A stretch of 64,000 nt of DNA, taken from assembly GCA_965247535.1 (NCBI GenBank), contig OZ252018.1, positions 885,046-949,045 of the forward strand. Direction: 5' to 3'. Made by a program: the position numbers and the translations under genes. The DNA comes from Dehalococcoidia bacterium. GTDB lineage: Bacteria > Chloroflexota > Dehalococcoidia > Lucifugimonadales > UBA2985. Numbering within the stretch: position 1 is the first letter of the stretch; every line of letters begins with the position of its first letter. The notes under the pieces were generated by a model. It worked only from the letters and a program-made list of their open reading frames with translations. It made no database searches and was not told the DNA's origin. Positions 54,200 to 62,840 of this stretch are shown here, piece by piece.

Positions 54200-55420
54200 C
54201 TAGTCTGCGCCGTCCCTCACGTATGCCCGCTCGCCGTGGGCTACGATGTCCAGGCCCTCGTCCTCGTCACGCTCGGAGATGCGAAGCCCAAGGCCGGGAA
54301 TGACGTCGAGCACCTTCAGGATGACCAGCGAGACCACAAGGCTGTAGATGAGCGTCGCCCCAACCGCTATCACCTGCGTTACCATCTGCTCGCCGTTGCC
54401 GTTCAGCAGGCCGTCCGTACCGCCCACCGCGGCGATTGCGAAGATGCCGGTTGCGAGGGCGCCCCACATGCCACCGACGCCGTGTACGGCGAACACGTCG
54501 AGAGCGTCGTCCAGCATGGTCTTGTTGCGCAGGACAACGGCGAAGTAGCAGAGCACTCCTGCGCCAACGCCTATGCCCAGGGCGCCCATGACGCCCACGA
54601 AGCCGGCTGCGGGGGTGATGGCGACGAGGCCGGCCACGGCGCCCGTCGCGACGCCCACTGCGCCCATGCGCCCGGTCTGAAACTGCGAGAGCAGGCCCCA
54701 CGTCAGGGCGGAGGCCGCGGCTGCGGTGTTGGTTACCAGGAAGGCGTTGGCCGCGAGGCCGTCGGCGGCCAGGCCGGAGCCGGCATTGAAGCCGAACCAG
54801 CCGAACCAGAGGAGCGCAGCGCCCAGCACCACGTAGGGTGCGTTGTGAGGCTCAAGGCCAGGGTTGCGCCTGCGGCCCACCAGCATTGCGGCCGCCACGG
54901 CGGCGATGCCGGCGTTGATGTGGACCACGGTACCGCCCGCGAAGTCGAGAGCGCCAAGGTCGAAGAGCCAGCCGTTGCCGGCCCATACCCAGTGACATAT
55001 CGGCGCGTAGACCAGAGTCACCCAGAACACCAGGAAGATGAGGTAGGTGGTGAACTTGAACCGCTCCACGAACGCGCCGGTTATCAGAGCGGGGGTGATG
55101 ACGGCAAACATCATCTGGAACACGACGAAGAGTAGGTCCGGTATGGTCTCCCCGTCGTTGATGTCGATGCCCGAGAGGCCGACGAGCGACAGGTCACCGA
55201 TGAACTCGTTGCCTTCGCCGAACGCCAGGCTGTAGCCCCAGAGCACCCAGACGATGCTCACCACCGCCACGGAGATGAAGCTGTACATGATCGTGCTGAC
55301 GACGTTCTTCGCGCGGACAAGTCCGCCGTAGAAGAATGCTAGCCCCGGCGTCATCAGCATCACCAGGGCCGATGCCACGATAATCCACGCAGTGCTTCCC
55401 GTATCCATATGTACCTCCAA
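54200..55420 (-). CDS. amt: ammonium transporter
   Basis: 'AFFYGGLVR', 'DFAGGTVVHINAG' and 'VHGVGGMWGALATG' are Amt signatures. Confidence 0.95.
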   Translation of the reverse strand: MEVHMDTGSTAWIIVASALVMLMTPGLAFFYGGLVRAKNVVSTIMYSFISVAVVSIVWVLWGYSLAFGEGNEFIGDLSLVGLSGIDINDGETIPDLLFVVFQMMFAVITPALITGAFVERFKFTTYLIFLVFWVTLVYAPICHWVWAGNGWLFDLGALDFAGGTVVHINAGIAAVAAAMLVGRRRNPGLEPHNAPYVVLGAALLWFGWFGFNAGSGLAADGLAANAFLVTNTAAAASALTWGLLSQFQTGRMGAVGVATGAVAGLVAITPAAGFVGVMGALGIGVGAGVLCYFAVVLRNKTMLDDALDVFAVHGVGGMWGALATGIFAIAAVGGTDGLLNGNGEQMVTQVIAVGATLIYSLVVSLVILKVLDVIPGLGLRISERDEDEGLDIVAHGERAYVRDGAD

Positions 55421-55446
55421 ACGTGAGAATCTGTAAGCATATTGAG

Positions 55447-55492
55447 ACCGGCGCGTTCCAACGGAGTTACGCGCCGGTTACATTTGCGTTAC
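55447..55492 (-). promoter_or_regulatory. amt leader elements: a 9-bp GC hairpin and a GTAAC-n6-GTAAC direct repeat
   Basis: The hairpin ACCGGCGCG-14 nt-CGCGCCGGT spans 55447-55478. The minus-strand motif GTAACgcaaatGTAAC spans 55477-55492, 57-72 nt upstream of the amt ATG. Confidence 0.25.
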
Positions 55493-55833
55493 AGTGGGAC
55501 GGAGCGCAGGGGGTTGGGGGAAGTAAGGTCGTGAATTCCAGCTTTCGCACGAATGCTCTGCGAATGCCGGATTGTAGCTCTTCCGGCGCGGGCTGAGTTG
55601 AAGCGGGCCTTGTCGTTGGAGGACGCCGAGGAGAGAATAGAGGGCGGTACCCGAGCGACGACCAGATCCACTGTTCCTCGAGAGTTCCTGCCCAGCAAGG
55701 CCTTTGCGCCCCCGGCGTTCAACGACCCGAAAGCCCAACACTAAGGCTGGGTACAATTGAGGGGGCACGTCAACTTGCTTGCCGGTGCAATAGGACGGGT
55801 TGCACACTCATCAGACTCAAGTGAGATTAGCGA

Positions 55834-58800
55834 ATGAACCTCACGCTTCCCAATCGCCGAGTTAGGACGTCAGGGATACTGGTCTGTTTATTGCTGGCCG
55901 CGATCGCGATCTGGGCACTCTACCGAGGGGCTGACGTGAGTCAGGTCGCGGAAGCTCAAGAGCAGAGGCCTCAGGTACTCTCTGTGGAACCTCAGCCTCC
56001 ATTCTGCGTCATCTTGGATTCTGAGTTCGCCAGCGAGAGGACGCTGACCATCAACGGAGAAAACCTGGATCGAAGCTCTGAGACCAGACTGCAATTTCGC
56101 CGATTGGGCACTAGAGAACGTACCATTCCATTTGCCAACGGACTCAACTGGGAGAGCTCGGAACGAGTCTCGCTGGATATGGGGCTGATCGAGGAACACA
56201 TAGAGTACTTCTCGATACTGCGATTTCAGGTACGCATTTCCGATGCCGAGGGAAGGGGCCTATCCAACTGGTCGGACGACTTCAACGTTGCAAGAAGTGC
56301 TAGGTTTTGCGGGGCAGTCATGCCGACGCCAACTCCGGCTCCCACTCCAGGTCCCTTTCCTCCCACATCGCCTGTCAGAGGTGTTGCAGGGGACCTGTGG
56401 GCGGATGTAATCATCGGCAAACCGGACTTTTCGCAGATAGCTCCAAAGAGCGTAGTGCCCTTTAAGGTCAATAATCCCACCGGGGTCATTGTGGATCGAT
56501 CCGTCGAACCTGGAAGAGCATATGTCTGGGACTCCGGCAACAGCCGCATCCTGGGCATTGACCTCGCAAAGTGCTACGAGGGTAGCGGCCCCTGTTCCGC
56601 GGACATCGTTATCGGCCAGCCATCTGGTTACGATCATGCAGCATGCAATGGAGACAATGGCTTACAGAGATTTCCGGTGCGGGCGCGACCCACGGCTGCA
56701 ACCCTGTGTGGCATCCCCGACCATTCCCTCAGTCCGTGGGAGGCGTATTCGATCGTGTCGATGGCAGTGGACGGTGACGGCAACCTCTACGTCCCCGACT
56801 TCTTCAACCATAGAATACTAAAGTACGATAGTCCGTTCGAAAGCAACACTGTCGCGGATCAGGTCTGGGGACAGGCCGATTTTTCGGGCAGGGTGTGCAA
56901 CCAGGGTACAATTCAGAGCCCCACTGCGGACTCCCTATGCTTCCAGTCGGACTCAGTTCGGACCGTTTTAAACCACTACGGGGCCGGAGTGGAGATCGAT
57001 GCTGACGGCAATATGTGGGTGGCAGACGTAGGCAACAATCGCGTTCTGCGGCTTCCGGTCGATGCAGCTACGGGCACAATTGGCAAGAGTGCCGACTTGG
57101 TACTGGGACAAAGCGACTTCCAAAGTGCTCAACCCGGCAGTTCGCTGACAAAGCTGCATGCCCCTTCTGCGGTCAGGTTTGACTCGAAAGGCTGGCTGTA
57201 CGTAGCCGACGCTGCGAACGACAGAGTATTGGTCTTCAAGCCGCCCTTCGCGTCGGGCATGAATGCCGACGGCGGATTTGGCTCCCAACTTCATCATCCC
57301 ACATCCATTGAGATTGATCCCTTAGACCGGGGGGTGTGGATCGTGGACTCTGGTAACCATATGGTGGAGTTGTGGGACAACATGGGGACTTCAGTGCTCC
57401 ATGTGTTGGGGAAGGACTCATATCAGCCTGATCGAAACTGCGGTCCTTCGTTGGCTGGGGTACCCGGCCGCGCGCACCTGTGCTTTATTGGTGGGAGTAT
57501 TGGCATTGACAGCGGCGGAAGGGTCCTCGTACCAGTCTATCACGACGCAGCTGACGTCTTTCGTTTTCCGTCTATAAGAGAACAGACCAACCACCACGAG
57601 ACTAGCAACCCGGACAGGAGAATGTTCTTCCCACCATTCGAGGACAATTTCAGGGACAGTAAGGGGATCCATTCCGCGAGGGGTATAGCAACTTGGCAGG
57701 ACCAGCTAATAGTGTCCGACATGAAGAGGCTGATGTTCTGGAACGGGCTGGACTCGCTGTCCAACGGTCAGCCGGCGGACGGAGTGATTGGAGACGAGTT
57801 CGCCGTAGGGGAGTGGCAATTCTGCTGCGGTAGGATCAAGGTTGACGCGGCGGGCAGACTGTGGGTTTTGGCTTTGGAGGGTCGTCACTTCCTTGATGTG
57901 TATGAGCTGCCACTTAACGAGTTTTCGGTTCCCCTGCATACTATATGGAATCATGACGTTGCCTTTCCGGTGCTAGGAACAACGGAGAAGATCACTTTGG
58001 GGAACGGCATTCTAGGTGTCGCGCCGGTGAACCGTGGGGAATTCCTATGGCTGAGCGATACCGACAACCATCGAGTTATCCGCATTCGCGACCCACTCAA
58101 CGATCCTATGGTGGATGTAATCCTTGGACAGGATGATGCCTCAGGTAGCGAATGCAATCAAGGGCGGCCCTCGGGGGCTGCATTGGACGAACTGTGCTAT
58201 CCCGGTGCGCTGGCCATCGACCGTTTTGGAAATCTGTTTGTGTCCGACCACGCGCTTGAGGTCAACGGCAACTTTCGCCTGTTGGTATTTTCCCCAGAGT
58301 CAACGCCTGTAACCAATACCGGAACAATCTTTGCGCCGCCCGCGGCTAAGGTCTTCAAACGATCGGCTGTAGGTGTCACCGACCTGTGGGCAGACCCATG
58401 GGAATTCGGCGCAGTCATGCGAAAACACGAAAGGACTTTCTGGGCGGCAGCAACCTGGGAGCCCGCCTTCGACAGCACCAATAGAATGGTGGTCGGATAC
58501 AACGCCTATGTGAGTCCCAGGTTCGTCGGCGTATACGACGAACCGCTAGGGCCGGACGAGCTTCCCAGCTCCTTCCTCTATGACTTCGGCTCAATGCCCT
58601 ACACGGCAACCTTCGACGACAACGATAACCTGTACGTGGGCGACATCAATCGCGGAAGGGTGCTCGTGTACTTCAACCCTTTCAACAACCCTCCCGCGCC
58701 TCCAACCGAAGTTCCCCCGCATGATCCAGCGCCAAGGCCGGTATATCCCGTTACGATCGAGGCCGTCAGCCCAAGTCCACCCTTCTGCTTGTCACGTAGC

Positions 58801-59526
58801 TCGGCAAGGGAATACGAGACCACGCTGCAACTCGCGGTCGATGGTCTGCCGAGGCTGCATAACCTCACTTTTGAGTTTCGCAAGATGAACTCGCTGCATA
58901 GAGCGCACTTGGACATTGGTCAGGCCCGCATCGAAGAAGGCGGATCGCGCATCACTTTAGACCAGCAATGGTTCTGGCAGCGCCTGTGGCCGCACATAGA
59001 CAAGGTGACGCTAACCGTTAGAATCCTTGAAGGTGGGAACAATGGCACTCCCATCTCCAATTGGTCACCGGCCTTCCTGTTGGCCAACGACGCGGTTGCT
59101 TGCGGCATAGCTCTCCCGACGCCCACGCCGACGCCAACGCCCATTCCGACATCAACCCCTACGCCGATACCGACCCCCACAGCGACACTAACTCCCACAC
59201 CGTCGGCCACTCCTACTGCGGCGCCATCCCCCACGCCAACAGCCATCCCTACTACGGTGCCATCGCCAACACCAGTAGCCACACTTGCCGCGGAACCGTT
59301 GCCAACACCAGCGTTTGCTCCTACTCCAGAGTCGTCACCGACACCACCGGCCACTCCGACTCCAACGCCGATACCTGCGCCCATTCCCACACCGACGTCC
59401 ACTGCCACGCCCACGCCTGAGCCTCCAGCCGAAGAAGGGCTTCCACCTATGATTTGGGCTCTCTTGGCCTTTGCCGTCCTCGCTGTGGGGCTATTGGGCG
59501 TCGGAATCCTGATACGCCGAAGCTAA
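55834..59526 (+). CDS. large surface protein: signal anchor, IPT-like domain, NHL-repeat beta-propeller(s), second IPT-like domain, Pro/Thr linker, C-terminal TM anchor
   Basis: 1230 aa. NHL-type repeats recur ('NHRILKYD', 'NNRVLRLP', 'ANDRVLVF', 'GNHMVELW', 'DNHRVIRI', 'RGRVLVYF'). An N-terminal hydrophobic segment is present. The tail is 'WALLAFAVLAVGLLGVGILIRRS'. Confidence 0.85.
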   Translation: MNLTLPNRRVRTSGILVCLLLAAIAIWALYRGADVSQVAEAQEQRPQVLSVEPQPPFCVILDSEFASERTLTINGENLDRSSETRLQFRRLGTRERTIPFANGLNWESSERVSLDMGLIEEHIEYFSILRFQVRISDAEGRGLSNWSDDFNVARSARFCGAVMPTPTPAPTPGPFPPTSPVRGVAGDLWADVIIGKPDFSQIAPKSVVPFKVNNPTGVIVDRSVEPGRAYVWDSGNSRILGIDLAKCYEGSGPCSADIVIGQPSGYDHAACNGDNGLQRFPVRARPTAATLCGIPDHSLSPWEAYSIVSMAVDGDGNLYVPDFFNHRILKYDSPFESNTVADQVWGQADFSGRVCNQGTIQSPTADSLCFQSDSVRTVLNHYGAGVEIDADGNMWVADVGNNRVLRLPVDAATGTIGKSADLVLGQSDFQSAQPGSSLTKLHAPSAVRFDSKGWLYVADAANDRVLVFKPPFASGMNADGGFGSQLHHPTSIEIDPLDRGVWIVDSGNHMVELWDNMGTSVLHVLGKDSYQPDRNCGPSLAGVPGRAHLCFIGGSIGIDSGGRVLVPVYHDAADVFRFPSIREQTNHHETSNPDRRMFFPPFEDNFRDSKGIHSARGIATWQDQLIVSDMKRLMFWNGLDSLSNGQPADGVIGDEFAVGEWQFCCGRIKVDAAGRLWVLALEGRHFLDVYELPLNEFSVPLHTIWNHDVAFPVLGTTEKITLGNGILGVAPVNRGEFLWLSDTDNHRVIRIRDPLNDPMVDVILGQDDASGSECNQGRPSGAALDELCYPGALAIDRFGNLFVSDHALEVNGNFRLLVFSPESTPVTNTGTIFAPPAAKVFKRSAVGVTDLWADPWEFGAVMRKHERTFWAAATWEPAFDSTNRMVVGYNAYVSPRFVGVYDEPLGPDELPSSFLYDFGSMPYTATFDDNDNLYVGDINRGRVLVYFNPFNNPPAPPTEVPPHDPAPRPVYPVTIEAVSPSPPFCLSRSSAREYETTLQLAVDGLPRLHNLTFEFRKMNSLHRAHLDIGQARIEEGGSRITLDQQWFWQRLWPHIDKVTLTVRILEGGNNGTPISNWSPAFLLANDAVACGIALPTPTPTPTPIPTSTPTPIPTPTATLTPTPSATPTAAPSPTPTAIPTTVPSPTPVATLAAEPLPTPAFAPTPESSPTPPATPTPTPIPAPIPTPTSTATPTPEPPAEEGLPPMIWALLAFAVLAVGLLGVGILIRRS
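59116..59430 (+). repeat. Pro/Thr-rich low-complexity coding repeat (linker)
   Basis: ~105 codons of PTPTPTPIPTSTPTP... built from degenerate CCN-ACN units inside the NHL protein ORF. Confidence 0.85.
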
Positions 59527-59701
59527 GCTGCTCATGTGAAGTAATGCTACTCCCCTGGAGAGTTTGCAGTTCAGCACGCTTCGCCCCCATTGTGAAGCAT
59601 TGCACATTCCGACGGACTGTGATAGAGTTCACGTTTGGACAAGGACGGCGGCCTCTATTGACGAGACGCCCAGATCAGGTCCATGTTCCGGAGGAGGCAA
59701 C

Positions 59702-60211
59702 GTGAGGCAGGCTTGGGTTCTGACAATTGTAGTGCTGCTTGTCGCAGCAATCGGATTGGCGTGCGGCGGCGGGGGCGCAGAGCCCACCAACACCAGTGCG
59801 CCCACTGCAACCACTGCTCCTACTGCCACAATGGCGCCTGCTGAGCAGCCAACGGCCACTCCGGATGCGATGCCCGACCCCACCGAGCCCGCGTCAAACG
59901 GCGACACGACTCCCAGCGGTGAGGGCGACCCGGAGGTCGGCAAGGAGATTGCCACCAACCAGGGATGCGTTGCCTGCCACAGCTGGGACGGCACCGAAAT
60001 CGTCGGCCCCACCTGGATGGGATTATGGGGCACAAACAGACTGTTCGAGGACGGCGGCAGTGCGCTTGTGGACGAGGCTTTTGTGAAGGAGTCCATCCGG
60101 GAGCCCAACCTGAGGATCGAGGTCGGCTTTCCTCCTGACACCATGCCCATCCTGCCTCTGACCGACCAGGAGATAGTGCACATCATCGCACTGATCAAGT
60201 CGCTCCAGTAG
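59702..60211 (+). CDS. mono-heme cytochrome c lipoprotein
   Basis: GTG start with a GGAGGAGG SD. A lipobox 'AIGLAC' is followed by a Thr/Ala/Pro linker, the heme site 'CVACH', and distal 'PPDTMP'. Confidence 0.8.
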   Translation: MRQAWVLTIVVLLVAAIGLACGGGGAEPTNTSAPTATTAPTATMAPAEQPTATPDAMPDPTEPASNGDTTPSGEGDPEVGKEIATNQGCVACHSWDGTEIVGPTWMGLWGTNRLFEDGGSALVDEAFVKESIREPNLRIEVGFPPDTMPILPLTDQEIVHIIALIKSLQ

Positions 60212-60253
60212 GCTCAGCGCCCGCCTTCAGTGAGCTCGGAGCCTGGAGGCCTG

Positions 60254-61000
60254 CTACCTCGGACCATTCACCTCGCCGCTCACCCCGTGGGCGGCGAGGT
60301 TTATTGTGGCGGCCATGTAGCCGGCCCCAAAGCCGTTGTCTATGTTTACGACCGCGATTCCTGGGCTGCAGGCGTTTAGCATCGCCAGCAGAGCGGCCAG
60401 CCCCTGGAAGTTCGCCCCGTACCCGACGCTCGTGGGCACAGCGATGACCGGCGCCGATACCAGCCCGCCCACGAGGCTGGGCAGAGCGCCCTCCATGCCG
60501 GCCACTGCCACGATGACCCTCGCCTCGTGGAGCAGTGGCAGGCGCGCCAGCAGTCTGTGAACGCCGGCAACGCCCACGTCCCATAGCCGCTCGACTCTGT
60601 TGCCCATTACCTCCGCGGTGACCGCCGCCTCCTCGGCCACAGGCAGGTCTGACGTGCCTGCCGCTACCACCAGCACGCCGGGGCGCGGCGGCTTCGCCGA
60701 CTCCGGCCCGGCTATGATCACGCGTGCAGTCTCGTTGTAACGGGCTTCCGGCACGGCCACGCGGACCGACTCAAACGCCTCGGGCGATGCGCGCGTGATT
60801 AGCACGCGGGACGATGCCCCGGCCAGCCTCCGTGCGATCTCGGCGAGCTGGTCGTGCGTCTTGCCGGGGGCGTATACCACCTCCGGGAACCCCGTACGCA
60901 GCTCGCGGTGGTGGTCCACCTTGGCGAACTCCAAGTCCTCGAAGGGGAGCGTGCGGAGCGTGCCCATCGCATCCCGAACGCTCAGGCTGCCCTGCTGCAC
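60254..61000 (-). CDS. larB: nickel-pincer cofactor biosynthesis protein LarB (PurE-like)
   Basis: '[24 protein letters not shown]' and '[27 protein letters not shown]'-type C-terminus are present. The homologous sequence continues upstream of the GTG with no canonical start. Confidence 0.8.
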   Translation of the reverse strand: [248 protein letters not shown]

Positions 61001-61190
61001 CTGCTGCAGGATGTGCTCCAGACGCTGCGTGTCTATGACCGCCTCCCATGTCCGGCGCAGGCAAGCGGCAGTTGGAGGCCGCTCTGCCGGTCGGTGTTCG
61101 TCACACGCATTGTACTACGGTTCGCTACCGCCGTACCCACGTGGTTTGCACTAGCAGGATGGTGCGCTTATCATTGTGCCGGGAGGAGCC

Positions 61191-61670
61191 GTGAAGAGCT
61201 GCAGGTTCATTGTCGATGCCAACGTGGGACGTCTCGCAAGGTGGCTCAGGATCATGGGCTACGATGCACTCTTCCTGCCTGGTGTCGAGGATAGCGAACT
61301 GCTGAGGCTGGCCTCGGCGGAAGGCCGGGCGATTCTGACGCGTGACAGGCTCGTCATGCGGCGGCGCGCAATTGCCTCCGGTCGGCTGAGCGCACTGCTC
61401 ATAAGCGGCGACAGGCTGGGCGAGCAGTTGAGGCAAGTGATTGATGCATTCGGGCTGGACGCTTCAGGTGGGTTTTCCCGCTGCGTGGAGTGCAACGAGC
61501 CCCTGAGGGCCGTGGAACGGGAGGCGGCGCGGAGCAGAGTGCCGACCTACGTGTTCGAGACGCAGGACGCGTTCGTCGAGTGCCCTGCCTGTACTCGGAT
61601 GTACTGGCGCGGCACGCACTGGCGCAACATGGTCAGGGAGCTAGCGACGGTGGGAGGCGACCGGAGTTGA
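61191..61670 (+). CDS. Mut7-C (PIN-like) RNase domain protein with a C-terminal zinc ribbon
   Basis: 'RFIVDANVGRLARWLRIMGYDA' and 'ILTRD' are present, then 'CVECNEPL....ECPACTRMYWRGTHW'. GTG start with a GGGAGGAG SD. Confidence 0.8.
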   Translation: MKSCRFIVDANVGRLARWLRIMGYDALFLPGVEDSELLRLASAEGRAILTRDRLVMRRRAIASGRLSALLISGDRLGEQLRQVIDAFGLDASGGFSRCVECNEPLRAVEREAARSRVPTYVFETQDAFVECPACTRMYWRGTHWRNMVRELATVGGDRS

Positions 61671-62791
61671 GCAGAAACGCAGCCTTCATCTACCATGATC
61701 GCCTGTCCCGCCACGTGCTCCGCGAGGACCACGTGATGGTGCCCACACGCCTGCGCTACACGTATGAGCTGCTGGAGTCGTACGGCGCATTCGAGTTGGC
61801 CAACGCCATGCTTGTGGAGCCGCGTCAGGCCACCGTGGAGGAGCTTCTCACCTTCCACACCCGTGAGTACGTGGAGGCCGTGTGGGGTCTGAGTGGTGGC
61901 GAGGTGAGGCAAGACGCCGCCGCCTACGGCTTCAGCGACCACGGAGACAATCCTGTTTATCCGGACATGAACGAGGCGGCTCTCTGGTCTACGGGCGCAT
62001 CGCTGACGGCCGCCGAGATGCTGGCTGACGGCAGGGCGGACGTGGCGTTCAACTGCTCCGGTGGTCTCCACCACGCCATGTCGGGCCGGGCGTCCGGCTT
62101 CTGCATCTTCAACGACCCGGTTATCGCCATCAATGTCCTGCTGGAGCGAGGGTTGCGCGTGGCCTACGTGGACATCGACGCGCACCACGGCGACGGTGTG
62201 CAGAGCGCCTTCTACGACTCGGACCGCGTGCTCACCGTTTCGATGCACGAGTCAGGCGCATACCTCTTCCCGGGCACAGGCTTCGTGGAGGAGGTGGGGG
62301 AGGGCAGGGGCCGCGGCTTCTCAGTGAACGTTCCACTCTTTCCCTACACGGGCGATGAGACGTACCTCTGGGCTCTGCGTGCGGCGGTCATTCCGCTGGT
62401 GGAGGCGTTCAAGCCTGACGTCCTGGCGACGCAGCTTGGCATGGACCCCTACTTCTCCGATCCCATCACTCATCTGGGCTTGACTGTGCAGGGCCATGCG
62501 CGGATGGTCGAGGAGCTTGGCCGGCTCTGCCCGCGCTGGCTGGCCTTCGGCGGCGGCGGCTACGACCTGTCCGCGGTGGCGCGGGGCTGGACGCTGGACT
62601 TTGGCGTGATGCTGGAGACTGAGTGGCCGGACGAGATACCGGAAACCTACCGCGAGCGATACGGCCTTACGGCGCTGCGAGACGCGCAGGGGCCGTCCGT
62701 GGACGCAGCAATGCTGGAGAATGGACGACGTTTCGCTGAGAGAACGGTAGGGGAGATCGAGAGGCTCATCTTCCCGGCTCACGGGCTGTAG
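61667..62791 (+). CDS. histone deacetylase-family amidohydrolase (AcuC-like)
   Basis: 'GGLHHAMSGRASGFCIFND' and 'YVDIDAHHGDGVQSAFY' are present. The TTG start overlaps the Mut7-C TGA (TTGA) and preserves the conserved 'AFIYHD' N-terminus. Confidence 0.85.
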   Translation: MSRNAAFIYHDRLSRHVLREDHVMVPTRLRYTYELLESYGAFELANAMLVEPRQATVEELLTFHTREYVEAVWGLSGGEVRQDAAAYGFSDHGDNPVYPDMNEAALWSTGASLTAAEMLADGRADVAFNCSGGLHHAMSGRASGFCIFNDPVIAINVLLERGLRVAYVDIDAHHGDGVQSAFYDSDRVLTVSMHESGAYLFPGTGFVEEVGEGRGRGFSVNVPLFPYTGDETYLWALRAAVIPLVEAFKPDVLATQLGMDPYFSDPITHLGLTVQGHARMVEELGRLCPRWLAFGGGGYDLSAVARGWTLDFGVMLETEWPDEIPETYRERYGLTALRDAQGPSVDAAMLENGRRFAERTVGEIERLIFPAHGL

Positions 62792-62840
62792 CCCCGCCTG
62801 CTACCTCAGCACGCGTAGCTTAGCGAACGGCGTCGCCTGG

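Noticed and set aside
59116-59430. Short tandem repeats that look array-like at the nucleotide level (CCGACGCCNACGCC...).
   Set aside because: They are in-frame Pro/Thr codon repeats inside a 1230-aa ORF, forming a low-complexity linker. There are no spacers of unique sequence and no cas genes, so this is not a CRISPR array.
60249-62807. An exact 12-bp direct repeat GCCTGCTACCTC at the outer ends of the larB / Mut7-C / HDAC block (60249-60260 and 62796-62807), suggestive of a target-site duplication.
   Set aside because: A rough expectation gives about ten exact 12-mer pairs within 3 kb of each other by chance in 64 kb (64,000 x 3,000 / 4^12), more with GC bias. No other mobility signature is present.
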